Assembly (NCBI RefSeq): GCF_964355755.1
Contig: NC_092678.1
Coordinates: forward strand, 5,162,422 to 5,226,421
Direction: 5' to 3'
Length of the DNA stretch: 64,000 nucleotides
Origin: Antedon mediterranea
Lineage: Eukaryota; Animalia; Echinodermata
In this document: positions 11,801 to 22,600 of the stretch, one piece after another
Layout of the letters: every line of letters begins with the position of its first letter
How positions within the stretch are numbered: the stretch's first letter is position 1
The notes under the pieces: model-generated
Databases searched by the model: none
Told to the model about the DNA's origin: nothing
What the model saw: the letters and a program-made list of their open reading frames with translations, nothing else
Program-made: the position numbers and the translations under genes

Positions 11801-14800
11801 GATGTAACCATCGCCACATTTCACGCATTTATCATTTCCTTTACCCAGACATTGATCACAAGAAGAATGACACGATTCACAATCATAAGATCCTTCGTTA
11901 TTTTCACAATATTCAGTGGCTTTGCAGGGAGGCTCTTCTGCTTCACATTCATTAACATCTGAAATCAAGTCAATTATATTACAGTCACTTTATACTTTAT
12001 GAGAATATCCTTTTGAAAATGCACTTTTTGCATTTCATACATACATACAATCTATCTAATAGTTATGACCAACAATATTGACTTTAGTTACCTTGGCAAC
12101 CAAGCTCATCATTCCATAACCATCCATCTTTGCATTCTTCACACTCTTTTGGTTCCGGTCCTTTACACTTTAAACGGCACGACTTATGGCATTCTACAAA
12201 TAAACAAGAAATATTTCTTACAAAAAACGCTGCTCGCTTTATTGACGTAACAGTTTTAAAGATATATTGTCCCTCTGAAAAATATTTTTTATTTCAAATT
12301 TGTTTTTGAATGTGTCATTTTATTGTCACATAATAGTTATTTTACCTGAAAAAATGTAATTAAAAGCAAAAAATACTTCAATTGTCTGTCAGACAATGTG
12401 GTTTTTGAGTTATAATAATTAAACGTTTCTTTTCTCTTTTTATAATGTGAATTTTGTTACAGAAGTGAATAACTTTGATATGAAACAGACTCAATTTAGT
12501 TTATTTTATTGCTAAGGTCAAGTCTGGGGGTCACTTCATCACTTAGATACTTCAAGTGTGAAGTATCATATTACAAACAAAAACTTTCATGGACTGTTTT
12601 GATAATAATTCAATGATTATCTGACAGCGAAATACAGTATTGTCATGGGACTCATAAATACCAGAAATGCAGCTGGTACACATAAATTATAGTCTAGTTT
12701 CCATTTTAGCAAAAATGTCAAAGTGTAGTACAGTACTATAACTGCTGCTTGATTTCATCTAATAAATTAGTCATCTCGTGCGACGTAGCGGGCTAGAGCA
12801 GCAGCGTGAAAATACATATCAAAATGGGCAATTATTGAATAGGCACTAGTTAGTAAGAGTACTGTATAGGACTGCCATAGTAATTCACTAGTGTTTTAAC
12901 CTATAGATATACTATAAGCTATAATACTAATAACCATTTATTTCGACTGATAAAAGTATTGCAGTTTGCTCTGTCTGGCGTCTGCACTATCAAACTAGTT
13001 TGACAAAAAAATGTGATGTGCCCAAATATGGTAGAGATATGACATCATTGTGTCCATATATAGGCACATCACAATTTTCTCTCACATAGTGTAGACAGAG
13101 CCTAAGAACTAGACAATTTTGGAGTTTAATGAGTCAGCAATCTTCATACCTGTACACAGAGTATCTGTTTCATTTTTAAACTCTTCATAATGTCCATCTT
13201 TACACTCGTCACATACCAAGCCAGTGTAGCCAGCTTTGCAGTCACATTTTCCACTGCCTGCTCTTGTACCACTACCCTACAAAATAGAATTCACCTCAAA
13301 TTAGCTGCAATGCAATGGCGTAAATGGCAGAAAATCCTATTTTCCGTTTAAGCCTCACCCAAGTGTCCTAAAAATTGTTGAGGTTTTACGGTATTTATAA
13401 AGATTACATTATATAGTACTGCTTAAATAGAAAACAAAATCATGCTCTTACAAAAAAGCTAAAGATTTGTAAATAACTTGCTAATTACAGTATAGATAAA
13501 TTGTAGGCTTAAGGGGTGGAGTAGAAATAGTAATGAACCCTGGACCACCAAGCTATAGCTCCATGACATCAAAACATCTACCAATTTAAGACTAAAACAT
13601 GTTTAGTAGTACGTTACACACCTTACATTCCCCCTTGTCTTGACATGGTCTTTCTATACCTCCAGGACATTCTAAATCAAATAGAAAATAAACTCTGATT
13701 AACATCATCTGTCCATTAAATAAAATTTCTTTTTGAACAACCAAAAACTAATATAAGCGAACTTACAGTACGTTTCGAAACCTATCAGGTTTCATTCTCA
13801 ACTGGCGTTTCATCGTCTAGCGTTGTTAGTCCCATGACGACGATGAGTTGGTATAGCGCCACCAATAGGTCCAACGCTAGACGATGAAATGCCAGTTGAG
13901 AATGAAACCTGATAGGTTTCGAAACGTACTGTAAGTTCGCTTATATTAGTTTTTGGTTGTTCAAAAAGAAATTTTATATAATACCTATTGCACAACCAGA
14001 TGAAATGAAACAAATCATCTGTCCAGGTCTGAATTTCTTAGGCATACAATACGGGCAAAGCACTTACCTTGACATTCAGGACCAAATGTTCCATTAATGC
14101 AACAATCTAAAAAAAGCACAAAATGTTAATGTGTGATGATTTTAAAGTTATTCTACAAGTGTTGATACAGTGGATATTCCTACAAAGGACACTGTTCTGT
14201 TTTGACCAGTGTGGCCCACTAGAGGGGGTAAGATCCAATTTTATCATTTTTTAATTATGTAGAAAATGTTTTAAATCACATACATTTTAATAAGTCTATA
14301 CAAAACCACTGTAAAAGATCTGGAAAATCTTGTTGATGTTCTTTCCACCACTCTTCTAAAATTTCTTCATTTTCTTCTAGTAATGTATGACACTGTAAAA
14401 GTAGAAAGTTAATACAAGCCATTAAATTCTGTTTATTTTTGTAGCCATTGTGTTGGTTACTGGTTATTTTAACCACCATATTGGTTACTGGCCATTTTAG
14501 CTGTTTTGGTGTTTACTGGCCATTTTAGCTGCTGTGGTGTTTGCTGGTCATTTTAGCTGCTGTATTGGATACTGGTCATTTTGGCTAAAAACTTTTACAA
14601 AAAGATTTTACCTCATGTTTTGATGATTCACATATATTATCTGTAATTTCTATAAATCTAGTTTCACTGAAAAAAATAAGAAAAAACCAACAATAAAAGT
14701 CAGACATATTAGGAAAATATCAACAGATATTAAGGACACTTTCTTGGCATAGACAAGACATTTACTGATCAGTGATAGTAAGTTTTCAAATCAAGTGCAC

Positions 14801-15160
14801 TGATCTTCACTTAATACCATCAGTGACTTTATTCCTACCTAGTTTGGTAGGTACCAAGTTTTTTCTCCTCCCAATCCACATCACCTCCTCCAAAATTGTA
14901 CCTTGAAGTGCGAGTAATGCCCTGTAAACAAATTATAACACAAAATTAAAATTAATAACTTCAACTTCAAAACAATGTCTTATTCATTTTTTAGAAATAA
15001 GAGCTTGAAGAGAAGGGAAACTAACCTCTTGAAAACCATTTACAATGTTTCTGCAAGTTTGACATTTCTTAATGGTATCTTTTCTTTTTCCTGCAAAACT
15101 GCTTTGATGAAGTAAACTTACAAATATTAAAATCGTCAGACTTGTCCACGAGACGTTCAT
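8859..15160 (-). CDS. CRELD: Cysteine-rich with EGF-like domains protein, soluble isoform ending KTEL (CRELD2-like)
   Basis: Signal peptide MNVSWTSLTILIFVSLL, CQTC (CXXC), NFGGGDVDWEEKKLG, ETRFIEI, EEWW and EGF/furin-like repeats. Coding exons 15160-15026, 14921-14839, 14666-14612, 14392-14284, 14106-14068, 13671-13622, 13276-13150, 12193-12092, 11958-11779, 11160-11023, then terminal exon 9058-8859 (acidic, ends NSKTEL*). A likely 5'UTR exon ends at the donor at ~16431. Confidence 0.9.
10099..10295 (-). CDS. CRELD: Alternative CRELD terminal exon encoding two hydrophobic/TM segments (CRELD1-like)
   Basis: Acceptor TTCTTGTCTTCCAG at 10296, phase 1, compatible with the donor at 11022. Encodes SQLSQKRTELSTTGEILTYVLYFFILIGSIIASRNSPLLAMVFGLGLGFWYLSKIFDKPLKLDG*. 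Confidence 0.8.
10511..11028 (-). repeat. 21-bp minisatellite (~24 copies) built from the CRELD exon/intron junction
   Basis: The minus-strand unit is TTATTAA|GTAAGTATTCAAAC. The first copy is the real donor of the last EGF exon. Confidence 0.95.
11265..11535. mobile_element. Harbinger-like MITE family A; other copies at ~12968-13101, 24811-24900, 53775-54096, 59276-59908, ~60590-60648 (partial) and 63046-63238
   Basis: Shared TIR AGCTCTGTCTACACTATCAAACT...AGTTTGATAGTGTAGACAGAGCT, TTA/TAA flanks and shared internal GTGATGTGCCCAAATATGG. Confidence 0.8.
13716..14013. mobile_element. Fold-back insertion (106-bp arms) with 12-bp target duplication, possibly Penelope-like
   Basis: Arms 13720-13825 and 13872-13977 are reverse complements with one mismatch. 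ATCATCTGTCCA is duplicated at 13704-13715 and 14014-14025. Confidence 0.7.
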
Positions 15161-15184
15161 GCTGGTGGGAAAAAATGTTTATAT

Positions 15185-15510
15185 TTACTGAATACGAGGA
15201 ACGTCTCACTAAGCTAAATTGGCCTACACTATCTAATCGAAGAAATTATCTTCTGTTATCCTTTGTTTGTAAATCACTTATTGGAACGGTTGATTGTAGT
15301 AGTGTTCGTCAATCTTTAGTTGTTAATGGCCGTCACCTTGATACACTTAAGTTCATTCATCACTATGCTCGAACCAATTGTCTTCATCATTCCGCTATTA
15401 ATATATTCCCTAGGTTGTGGGAAGAATTACCGGAAATGATTAAAAATTCTTTAGTTTTAGACAGTTTTCAAATATTTTTAAATTCACTTAAATCACATGT
15501 TTTATATTGA
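15185..15510 (+). mobile_element. LINE (CR1/L2/Crack-like) 3' fragment in the first CRELD intron
   Basis: Motifs YEERLTKLNWPTLSNRR, ARTNCLHHS and FPRLWEELP..FLNSLK are typical of a LINE ORF2 C-terminus. Confidence 0.7.
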
Positions 15511-15907
15511 CTTTGTTGAATCGACTATTTTGTATTTTATCCGTTTATTTTATATTGACACTGTTGATTCGTCTATTTGTTTTTTAAATATTTTTATATA
15601 GTTTATTTTATATCATTGTTGTTACTTTGGGAGTACGGAACCTGAACTTTTGTTATAGTGATTAGGTTCACTTTTAGGTTCCTGCCTACTCCCTTAGTTT
15701 CTGTGTTTTGTTTGTTTGTAACTGGTTTTTTTGGCAATAAATAATAATAATAATAATAATAAGAAGTATAGTATGTATAGGCTTTAGATGACAAGATAAT
15801 AAGTTAAAAAAACATATTTAAAAACTTGGTTGATTTAAAATAAAAATACTGCAAACAAAATGCCTATTATTAGTATAATTAACAATATTATTATTATTTG
15901 GTTGAAC

Positions 15908-15927
15908 CATGGAGGTATACCTCCATG
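15908..15927. mobile_element. 20-bp palindromic CATG..CATG element/footprint with 7-bp TSD
   Basis: GTTGAAC-CATGGAGGTATACCTCCATG-GTTGAAC. Confidence 0.55.
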
Positions 15928-16578
15928 GTTGAACAAGCCTATTTATTAAGTGAAACGTAGTTCAATTTTGGGCCAAAACATCCCAGGTAACACCGTGGAC
16001 GAATCATTCCTAGTCTATGTAATAGAATTACCATGTAATATGCGGCTCTGACTTGTTGTGGTTGGTCGTCTTGCAATTTTAGGCCGGCCTAGCCTTTAGG
16101 GGCCTCTCCTCTAGCTTAGTTAGTTAGCTAGGGCCTAGGCCACTTTTTGTTGTGTAGTACTAGCCTAACCAGGCTAGTAGACTAGGCTAGGCCCTACGAA
16201 TACCAGCCCTACTAGTACCACTACTAGTACTTAGTAGGATAGTAGTAGTAGACGACTAGGCTAGTGACATCTAGTAGGCCTAAGAAAGTAAGACTAAGCG
16301 TAGGCTCTCCTACTAGCTAGAGGAGGCCCTAGACGCCTGGCTAAAACTTACTAGGCATCATGACTAATAATAAATCATTAGTGAAATATTTGAGTGTCAC
16401 GTATCACAAGATAGACATTAAAAATACATACGTTTTCGACTTTTGAGAACTTAACAATCGTCGGGATGACAGGCCGCCTAGCTCTTAACATCCACCACGT
16501 ACACCCGCACCGGTCTCCACTCTTTGTCTACGATAATTGCTTGAGAGTTGACGACACCTAGCTTAGCCGCATGCTTCG

Positions 16579-16597
16579 CGTGGGCCAATCGTATTGG
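16579..16597 (-). promoter_or_regulatory. ER stress response element (ERSE with embedded ERSE-II) in the CRELD promoter
   Basis: The minus strand reads CCAAT-ACGATTGGC-CCACG, i.e. CCAAT-N9-CCACG, and contains ATTGG-C-CCACG. It lies just upstream of the putative CRELD first exon. Confidence 0.8.
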
Positions 16598-16810
16598 TTC
16601 ATTGCTGAACTATGACATTTAAAAAGCAAATTTTTTGTTCTCTCTTCTTATGGAACGCCACAGCCGTCTAAATTTTATATATCGTATTTTTATTGCTACT
16701 CAAAACATAAAAGGTACAAGATTTACAATTGGATATTAGTTTATTAGTTAAAAAAAAAAACACCACAAAAATTCTATAACGCTATAATGGCCTTTATGTA
16801 GCACTAACAA

Positions 16811-17863
16811 TTAGGTGTATATTTCCCTTCCCGGCTGTGCATACAGTGGTATTTCTACTCTACGATATGTGACTTGTTTATTTTCAATACTATTAGGAAT
16901 TACCATCTTTCCAAGGCGTTTCCACCTTCGTTTATATGGTCTTTTCATTTCCTGAACTTTGGACTTCAAATGCACTTTTAAATGGTTTTTTAAACTTTTA
17001 CTATCCCTAAAATTTCTTCCACAATTTTCACATTTGTACGGCCTTAAGTGTATTTCCATATGTTTTTTTAAATGTTCATTACGGCGAAACTGCTTACCAC
17101 ACCGATCACATATACATAACCTCTCCCCCGTGTGTGTTTGCAAATGCCTTTTAAAATGGTCTTTTCTTGCCAATATTTTACCACAATGTTCGCACTCAAA
17201 TCCTGCATTATCAATGTGTCTTTTATAATAATCTTTTCGAATAAATCTCATACCACATTTGTTACACTCATAAGGAGTCTCCCCTGTATGCAGCCTAACA
17301 TGTATTTTTAAATAATGGCCATGTTTAAATTTCTTTCCACAGTGTTTACATTCAAAGGGTGTTTCTCCCGTGTGTACTCTCATATGAACTTTCAATGAAC
17401 ATTTTTGGTTAAACCCCTTTCCACACAATTCACATTTGTAAGGCAGTTTACCTGTGTGTACTGTCAAATGCCTTTTTAATACTGATATTTTGTTAAATAT
17501 TTTTTCACAATGTTCACATTTATATGGTGTCTCTCCACCATGTATCATTAAATGTCTTTTTAAATAAGACTTTTTACTGAATGTTTTCCTACAGTGTTCA
17601 CACTCAAATTGTTCAGCCTTTTTTACTCTATGAATCCAAAGATGTACTTTTAAAGTTCCATTGTGTTTAAATTTCATCCCACAGTGTTCACATTCATATG
17701 GCTGCTGATCATTTGAATGTTCCTTTAATCCTGGAACTGAAACTGAATGTCTTTTTGAATTTCCTTCTAACTCTACACTGTTTTCAGATTCATATTTTGT
17801 TATTGTTGTCAATATTTCACCGGCATCAACCTCCTTTTCAATCTCATCCTCCTCCAGTGGCAT
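16811..17863 (-). CDS. C2H2 zinc-finger protein, 350 aa, 9 fingers (6th lacks the last His), single coding exon
   Basis: ORF with GCCACCATG Kozak context, tandem CxxC-x12-HxxxH fingers and TGETPY/F linkers. Poly(A) signal near 16690. Confidence 0.9.
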   Translation of the reverse strand: MPLEEDEIEKEVDAGEILTTITKYESENSVELEGNSKRHSVSVPGLKEHSNDQQPYECEHCGMKFKHNGTLKVHLWIHRVKKAEQFECEHCRKTFSKKSYLKRHLMIHGGETPYKCEHCEKIFNKISVLKRHLTVHTGKLPYKCELCGKGFNQKCSLKVHMRVHTGETPFECKHCGKKFKHGHYLKIHVRLHTGETPYECNKCGMRFIRKDYYKRHIDNAGFECEHCGKILARKDHFKRHLQTHTGERLCICDRCGKQFRRNEHLKKHMEIHLRPYKCENCGRNFRDSKSLKNHLKVHLKSKVQEMKRPYKRRWKRLGKMVIPNSIENKQVTYRRVEIPLYAQPGREIYT

Positions 17864-19647
17864 GGTGGCTAAAATGGTTTCTAAACTAATAAGATGTTTG
17901 TCTTATTTATTATTATATTTTGATTAAGATTTCAGTTTTACTAGTGTATTATATGATAAATCGGCCACCACATCAGAAACTGCCAGCTTGCTGCTGCGAA
18001 TAAATAAAATTGTATAATTATTATAATATAATTCTACTTATTTATTATGAATTTAATATTAATAAAGTTAGGTCTTTTTAAGCTAGCCTGTCTAGAGAGG
18101 CTAGTAATAATCTCTCCTAACCTAGGCCTCATCCCAGTCTACCCTACTTACTACCAAGACCATGCTGCTGGGCTTGGCCCTGGCATTTATTTTTTAATAG
18201 GCGCGCCTAGCTAGGCTAGGCTAGGGCCTAAAAAAATAGCCTAGCTAGAGGCCTACTACAGTATAATAACTACTTACTAGCTAGCTACTACTAGGATCAA
18301 AGCAGCGTCGCCCACAGCTACATATGTATAAAATAATACAAACCAAACAAACGTGTTTGACAACAAATTAACTTATATTAATTAATAAATAGAGGCCTAG
18401 GCCTAGGCCCTAGTAGTAGTAGGTCTATCTAGCCTATCCGAACGGGTGGTGTAAAAAAGAGACATTAAATTCCGCCCTCTAGGATGAGGCTGTCAACAAA
18501 CCACCAGATGACAAATTTAAACGCGTTTTAATACATTTTCAACGTATTAGTCGTTAGCAACATTTAAAGAACACAACAGACAAAAAAAGAGAGGGCAGTA
18601 TAACAGATATAGTCAAAACAATCGAAATGATTTAATTTGTTTTTAACCGTTTATTTATCGCCTTTTCGTCAATAAATTAGCAAATTATTGCATGCAAGAG
18701 GTGTGCATATTTTTAAGTTATTGGTACCAATGTAGTCTGTGCACTGCTTCCTAGCTAGAGGCCATTACTAAACTAGTGTAGGAGGCCTAGCTAGCTAGCT
18801 AGGCCCTACTAAATAAAACTAACTAGCCTACTAGAGGGTAGTAGTAGCAGCACTGCAGCCCTCTAGAGGTAGCCTACTAGCAGAGAGTAGTCTAGTAGGG
18901 GCCTACTAGCTAGAGAATCAGGCTATCTAGACTTGTTCTTACTGTTCTACTGTATCAACAACAAACCTTCCAAGTAGGCCAGTCATTCAAACAGGACATG
19001 CCCCTATCTAAAATACTATGCCCAGGCATTTTTAAAATGTTATGCTTTATTAATATTTGTTAATAACAATAGGCCTAGTTAGGCTATATTATTTATATAT
19101 ACATTACTAACATTACATACATATTTCGAATTTGTTTATAAAGTTAATAATAACTAATTAATAATAAATTAATATTATTATTAATATTAGTATATTGTAT
19201 TTATAATTTAATTATAAGAATATTTTTCAACATTTCCATAGTCATCATACAACCCCCTCCGTTAAACAGTTACTTCAGGAGAATTTAACTCAAATTGGTT
19301 GTTATGTGGCATACTGAATAATATGTAAAATAAATTACATATATTTATTTATAATAATAAATCAATGCATATTGATGTAGTCGCACTCAATATCCATCCC
19401 ACCCACCAGGCAATAAACTTTGTAAATGTAAATTTTATTGAATTTTAACTATTGTTGTAATAATACTTTATTGAATTTTGTATTGTTGAGGGCCCCTCAA
19501 AATCAGCTTACGCTGGCTGGGTCACCCTACCCTCTTTAAATATTGTTGAATAAATAAATAAATGCATTTGTTCTTTCTTTCAGGTACAAGGAATTTTAAT
19601 TTACAAATAAGATTCAGGACCTGCACAGCATAAAATAACTCATCAGC

Positions 19648-22600
19648 ATGGCTTGTGCCTGCTCCCAGGAAGGATGTCAAGAAAAAACCAGTCAAGTTGT
19701 CAAAGGAGTTCATGCAAAGTTGCGCAAGAAATTCAGGGAAGGTTAGTAAAATTATCTTACTATATTCAGGCCAAATAAAAAAACATACAAGTTTTTAAGC
19801 GTCACCGCCCGCTCCTGATTATCCAGCCACCTCTCTTTTTATTTTTATTTTTTGTTTACCCATATACAACGGAAAGTTCAGCGGCCCGGCCCAGCTCCAG
19901 AGCAGGGCTCGAAATTCACGCTAGCAAACTAGCATTTTGCTAGTACAGTAGATTCTTCATAATTGCTAGTTGAAAATTTCAAAACTAGCAAATGTTTGCT
20001 AGACTAGTGTAATTTTTGAAAATACGTACTTTTTAGCTTAGCCACGCTAGCCGCCGATCGCTCTATGTCGACAACGGCAATTTGGTGAAAACAATTGATT
20101 TACGTCAAGGAAACGCGAATAGCACCATGAATCATGTAATGTGGTAAACAGCAAGCTTTTTCCCCAACACATTAAATCACGTGCATTTAGTACGTCGCTG
20201 AGGATTACATCATCAGTCACGTGATTACAGAATACGCGATTATCAATTTAGGGATTTAATGAAATAAATATTTTGCCTACACAGTGGTCGAAGCGCGTTT
20301 TTTATAGGTTCGTAAATAGGAAACACCCCATACATAATGGACTCTACCAATTTTGTTTACGATGATCTCGCGCTCGAGATCGGCACACCACGAGGTCCTG
20401 TTGGGCGATGGGTTTTCTTATGCCTGGTTTACCTGTGGAATAATTATACACACTTTTCACATCACAACTTTAAATAACTGATTTACACAGCAATTGGCAA
20501 GGGATTCATCAAAGAAGAATGAATACTTTACGTTGAACAAAAAATTCACTTAAGAAATTCCGTAAGCTGTTTTCAAACTATAAATCAGCCCACTATTTAG
20601 TATTATTGAGACCAACATCATGCTTCTCGCAATAGGGAATTTCCTGGATAGATGAGTCGAGCGAGAGACGGCGGACCATGGCCGATGAGTGAGGCGGGGG
20701 TATCAGCTTGGACGGATTAGTTAGCCTAGGGCCTACAATTTCGCTCGTCTGGATATAAACAATACAAAACTCAATTTTGTCATCGGCAATAATATTTCAT
20801 ACATAGTCAATTTTGTTCTGTTTCGCATTTTAAATATAGTGGGCCAAAACGTCCATCGCGCAAAAATATACCTCCATAAAAAGTAAAAAAAAAAAAAAAA
20901 CGCCCCCCCCCCCTCCCCTGAAAATTTATGAGGGTGTGACGCTTAACAAGTATATTTTTTTATTTGGTTTGGTCATTTATGAAGCAGAGTTTTCAAATTT
21001 CTTTTTAAAATTTTGTGTTCCACATGTTTCATTTATTTTATTATGTTTGATAACAATTAGTTATAACCTTCATTAAGGTAGTATGTTATTGTTATGCTTA
21101 GTCTACATAAACAAGTAACTTGGAGGTGTACTAGTGCACTTATCCCCCTGCTGGTCTGTGAACAAGTAACTTGGAGGTGTACTAGTGCACTTATCCCCCT
21201 GCTGGTCTGTGAACAAGTAACTTGGAGGTGTACTAGTGCACTTATCCCCCTTTTGGTCTGTGAACAAGTAACTTGGAGGTGTACTAGTGCACTTATCCCC
21301 CTGCTGGTCTGTGAACAAGTAACTTGGAGGTGTACTAGTGCACTTATCCCCCTGCTGGTCTGTGAACAAGTAACTTGGAGGTGTACTAGTGCACTTATCC
21401 CCCTGCTGGTCTGTGAACAAGTAACTTGGAGGTGTACTACTAGTGCACTTATCCCCCTGCTGGTCTGTGAACAAGTAACTTGGAGGTGTACTAGTGCACT
21501 TATACCCCTTCTGGTCTGTGAACAAGTAACTTGGAGGTGTACTACTAGTGCACTTATCCCCATGCTGGTCTGTGAACAAGTAACTTGGAGGTGTACTAGT
21601 GCACTTATCCCCCTGCTGGTCTGTGAACAAGTAACTTGGAGTGTACTAGTGCACTTATCCCCCTGCTGGTCTGTGAACAAGTAACTTGGAGGTGTACTAG
21701 TGCACTTATCCCCTGCTGGTCTGTGAACAAGTAACTTGGAGGTGTACTACTAGTGCACTTATCCCCCTGCTGGTCTGTGAACAAGTAACTTGGAGGTGTA
21801 CTAGTGCACTTATCCCCCTGCTGGTCTGTGAACAAGTAACTTGGAGGTGTACTAGTGCACTTATCCCCCTGCTGGTCTGTGAACAAGTAACTTGAAGGTG
21901 TACTAGTGCACTTACAGTATCCCCCTGCTGGTCTGTGAACAAGTAACTTGGAGGTGTACTAGTGCACTTATCCTCCCTGCTGGTGTGAACAAATAAATTG
22001 GAGGTGTACTAGTGCACTTATACCCCTTCTGGTCTGTGAACAAGTAACTTGGAGGTGTACTACTAGTGCACTTATCCCCCTGCTGGTCTGTGAACAAGTA
22101 ACTTGGAGGTGTACTAGTGCACTTATCCCCCTGCTGGTCTGTGAACAAGTAACTTGGAGGTGTACTAGTGCACTTATCCCCCTGCTGGTCTGTGAACAAG
22201 TAACTTGAAGGTGTACTAGTGCACTTACAGTATCCCCCTGCTGGTCTGTGAACAAGTAACTTGGAGGTGTACTAGTGCACTTCTCCCCCTGCTGGTGTGA
22301 ACAAATAAATTGGAGGTGTACTAGTGCACTTATCCCCCTTTTGGTCTGTGAACAAGTAACTTGGAGGTGTACTAGTGCACTTATCCCCCTGTTGGTCTGT
22401 GAAAAAGTAACTTAGAGGTGTACTACTAGTGCACTTATCCCCCTTTTGGTCTGTGAACAAGTAACTTGGAGGTGTACTAGTGCACTTATCCCACTGCTGG
22501 TCTGTGAACAAGTAACTTGGAGGTGTATTAGTGCACTTATCCCCCTTTTGGTCTGTGAACAAGTAACTTGGAGGTGTACTAGTGCACTTATCCCCCTGCT

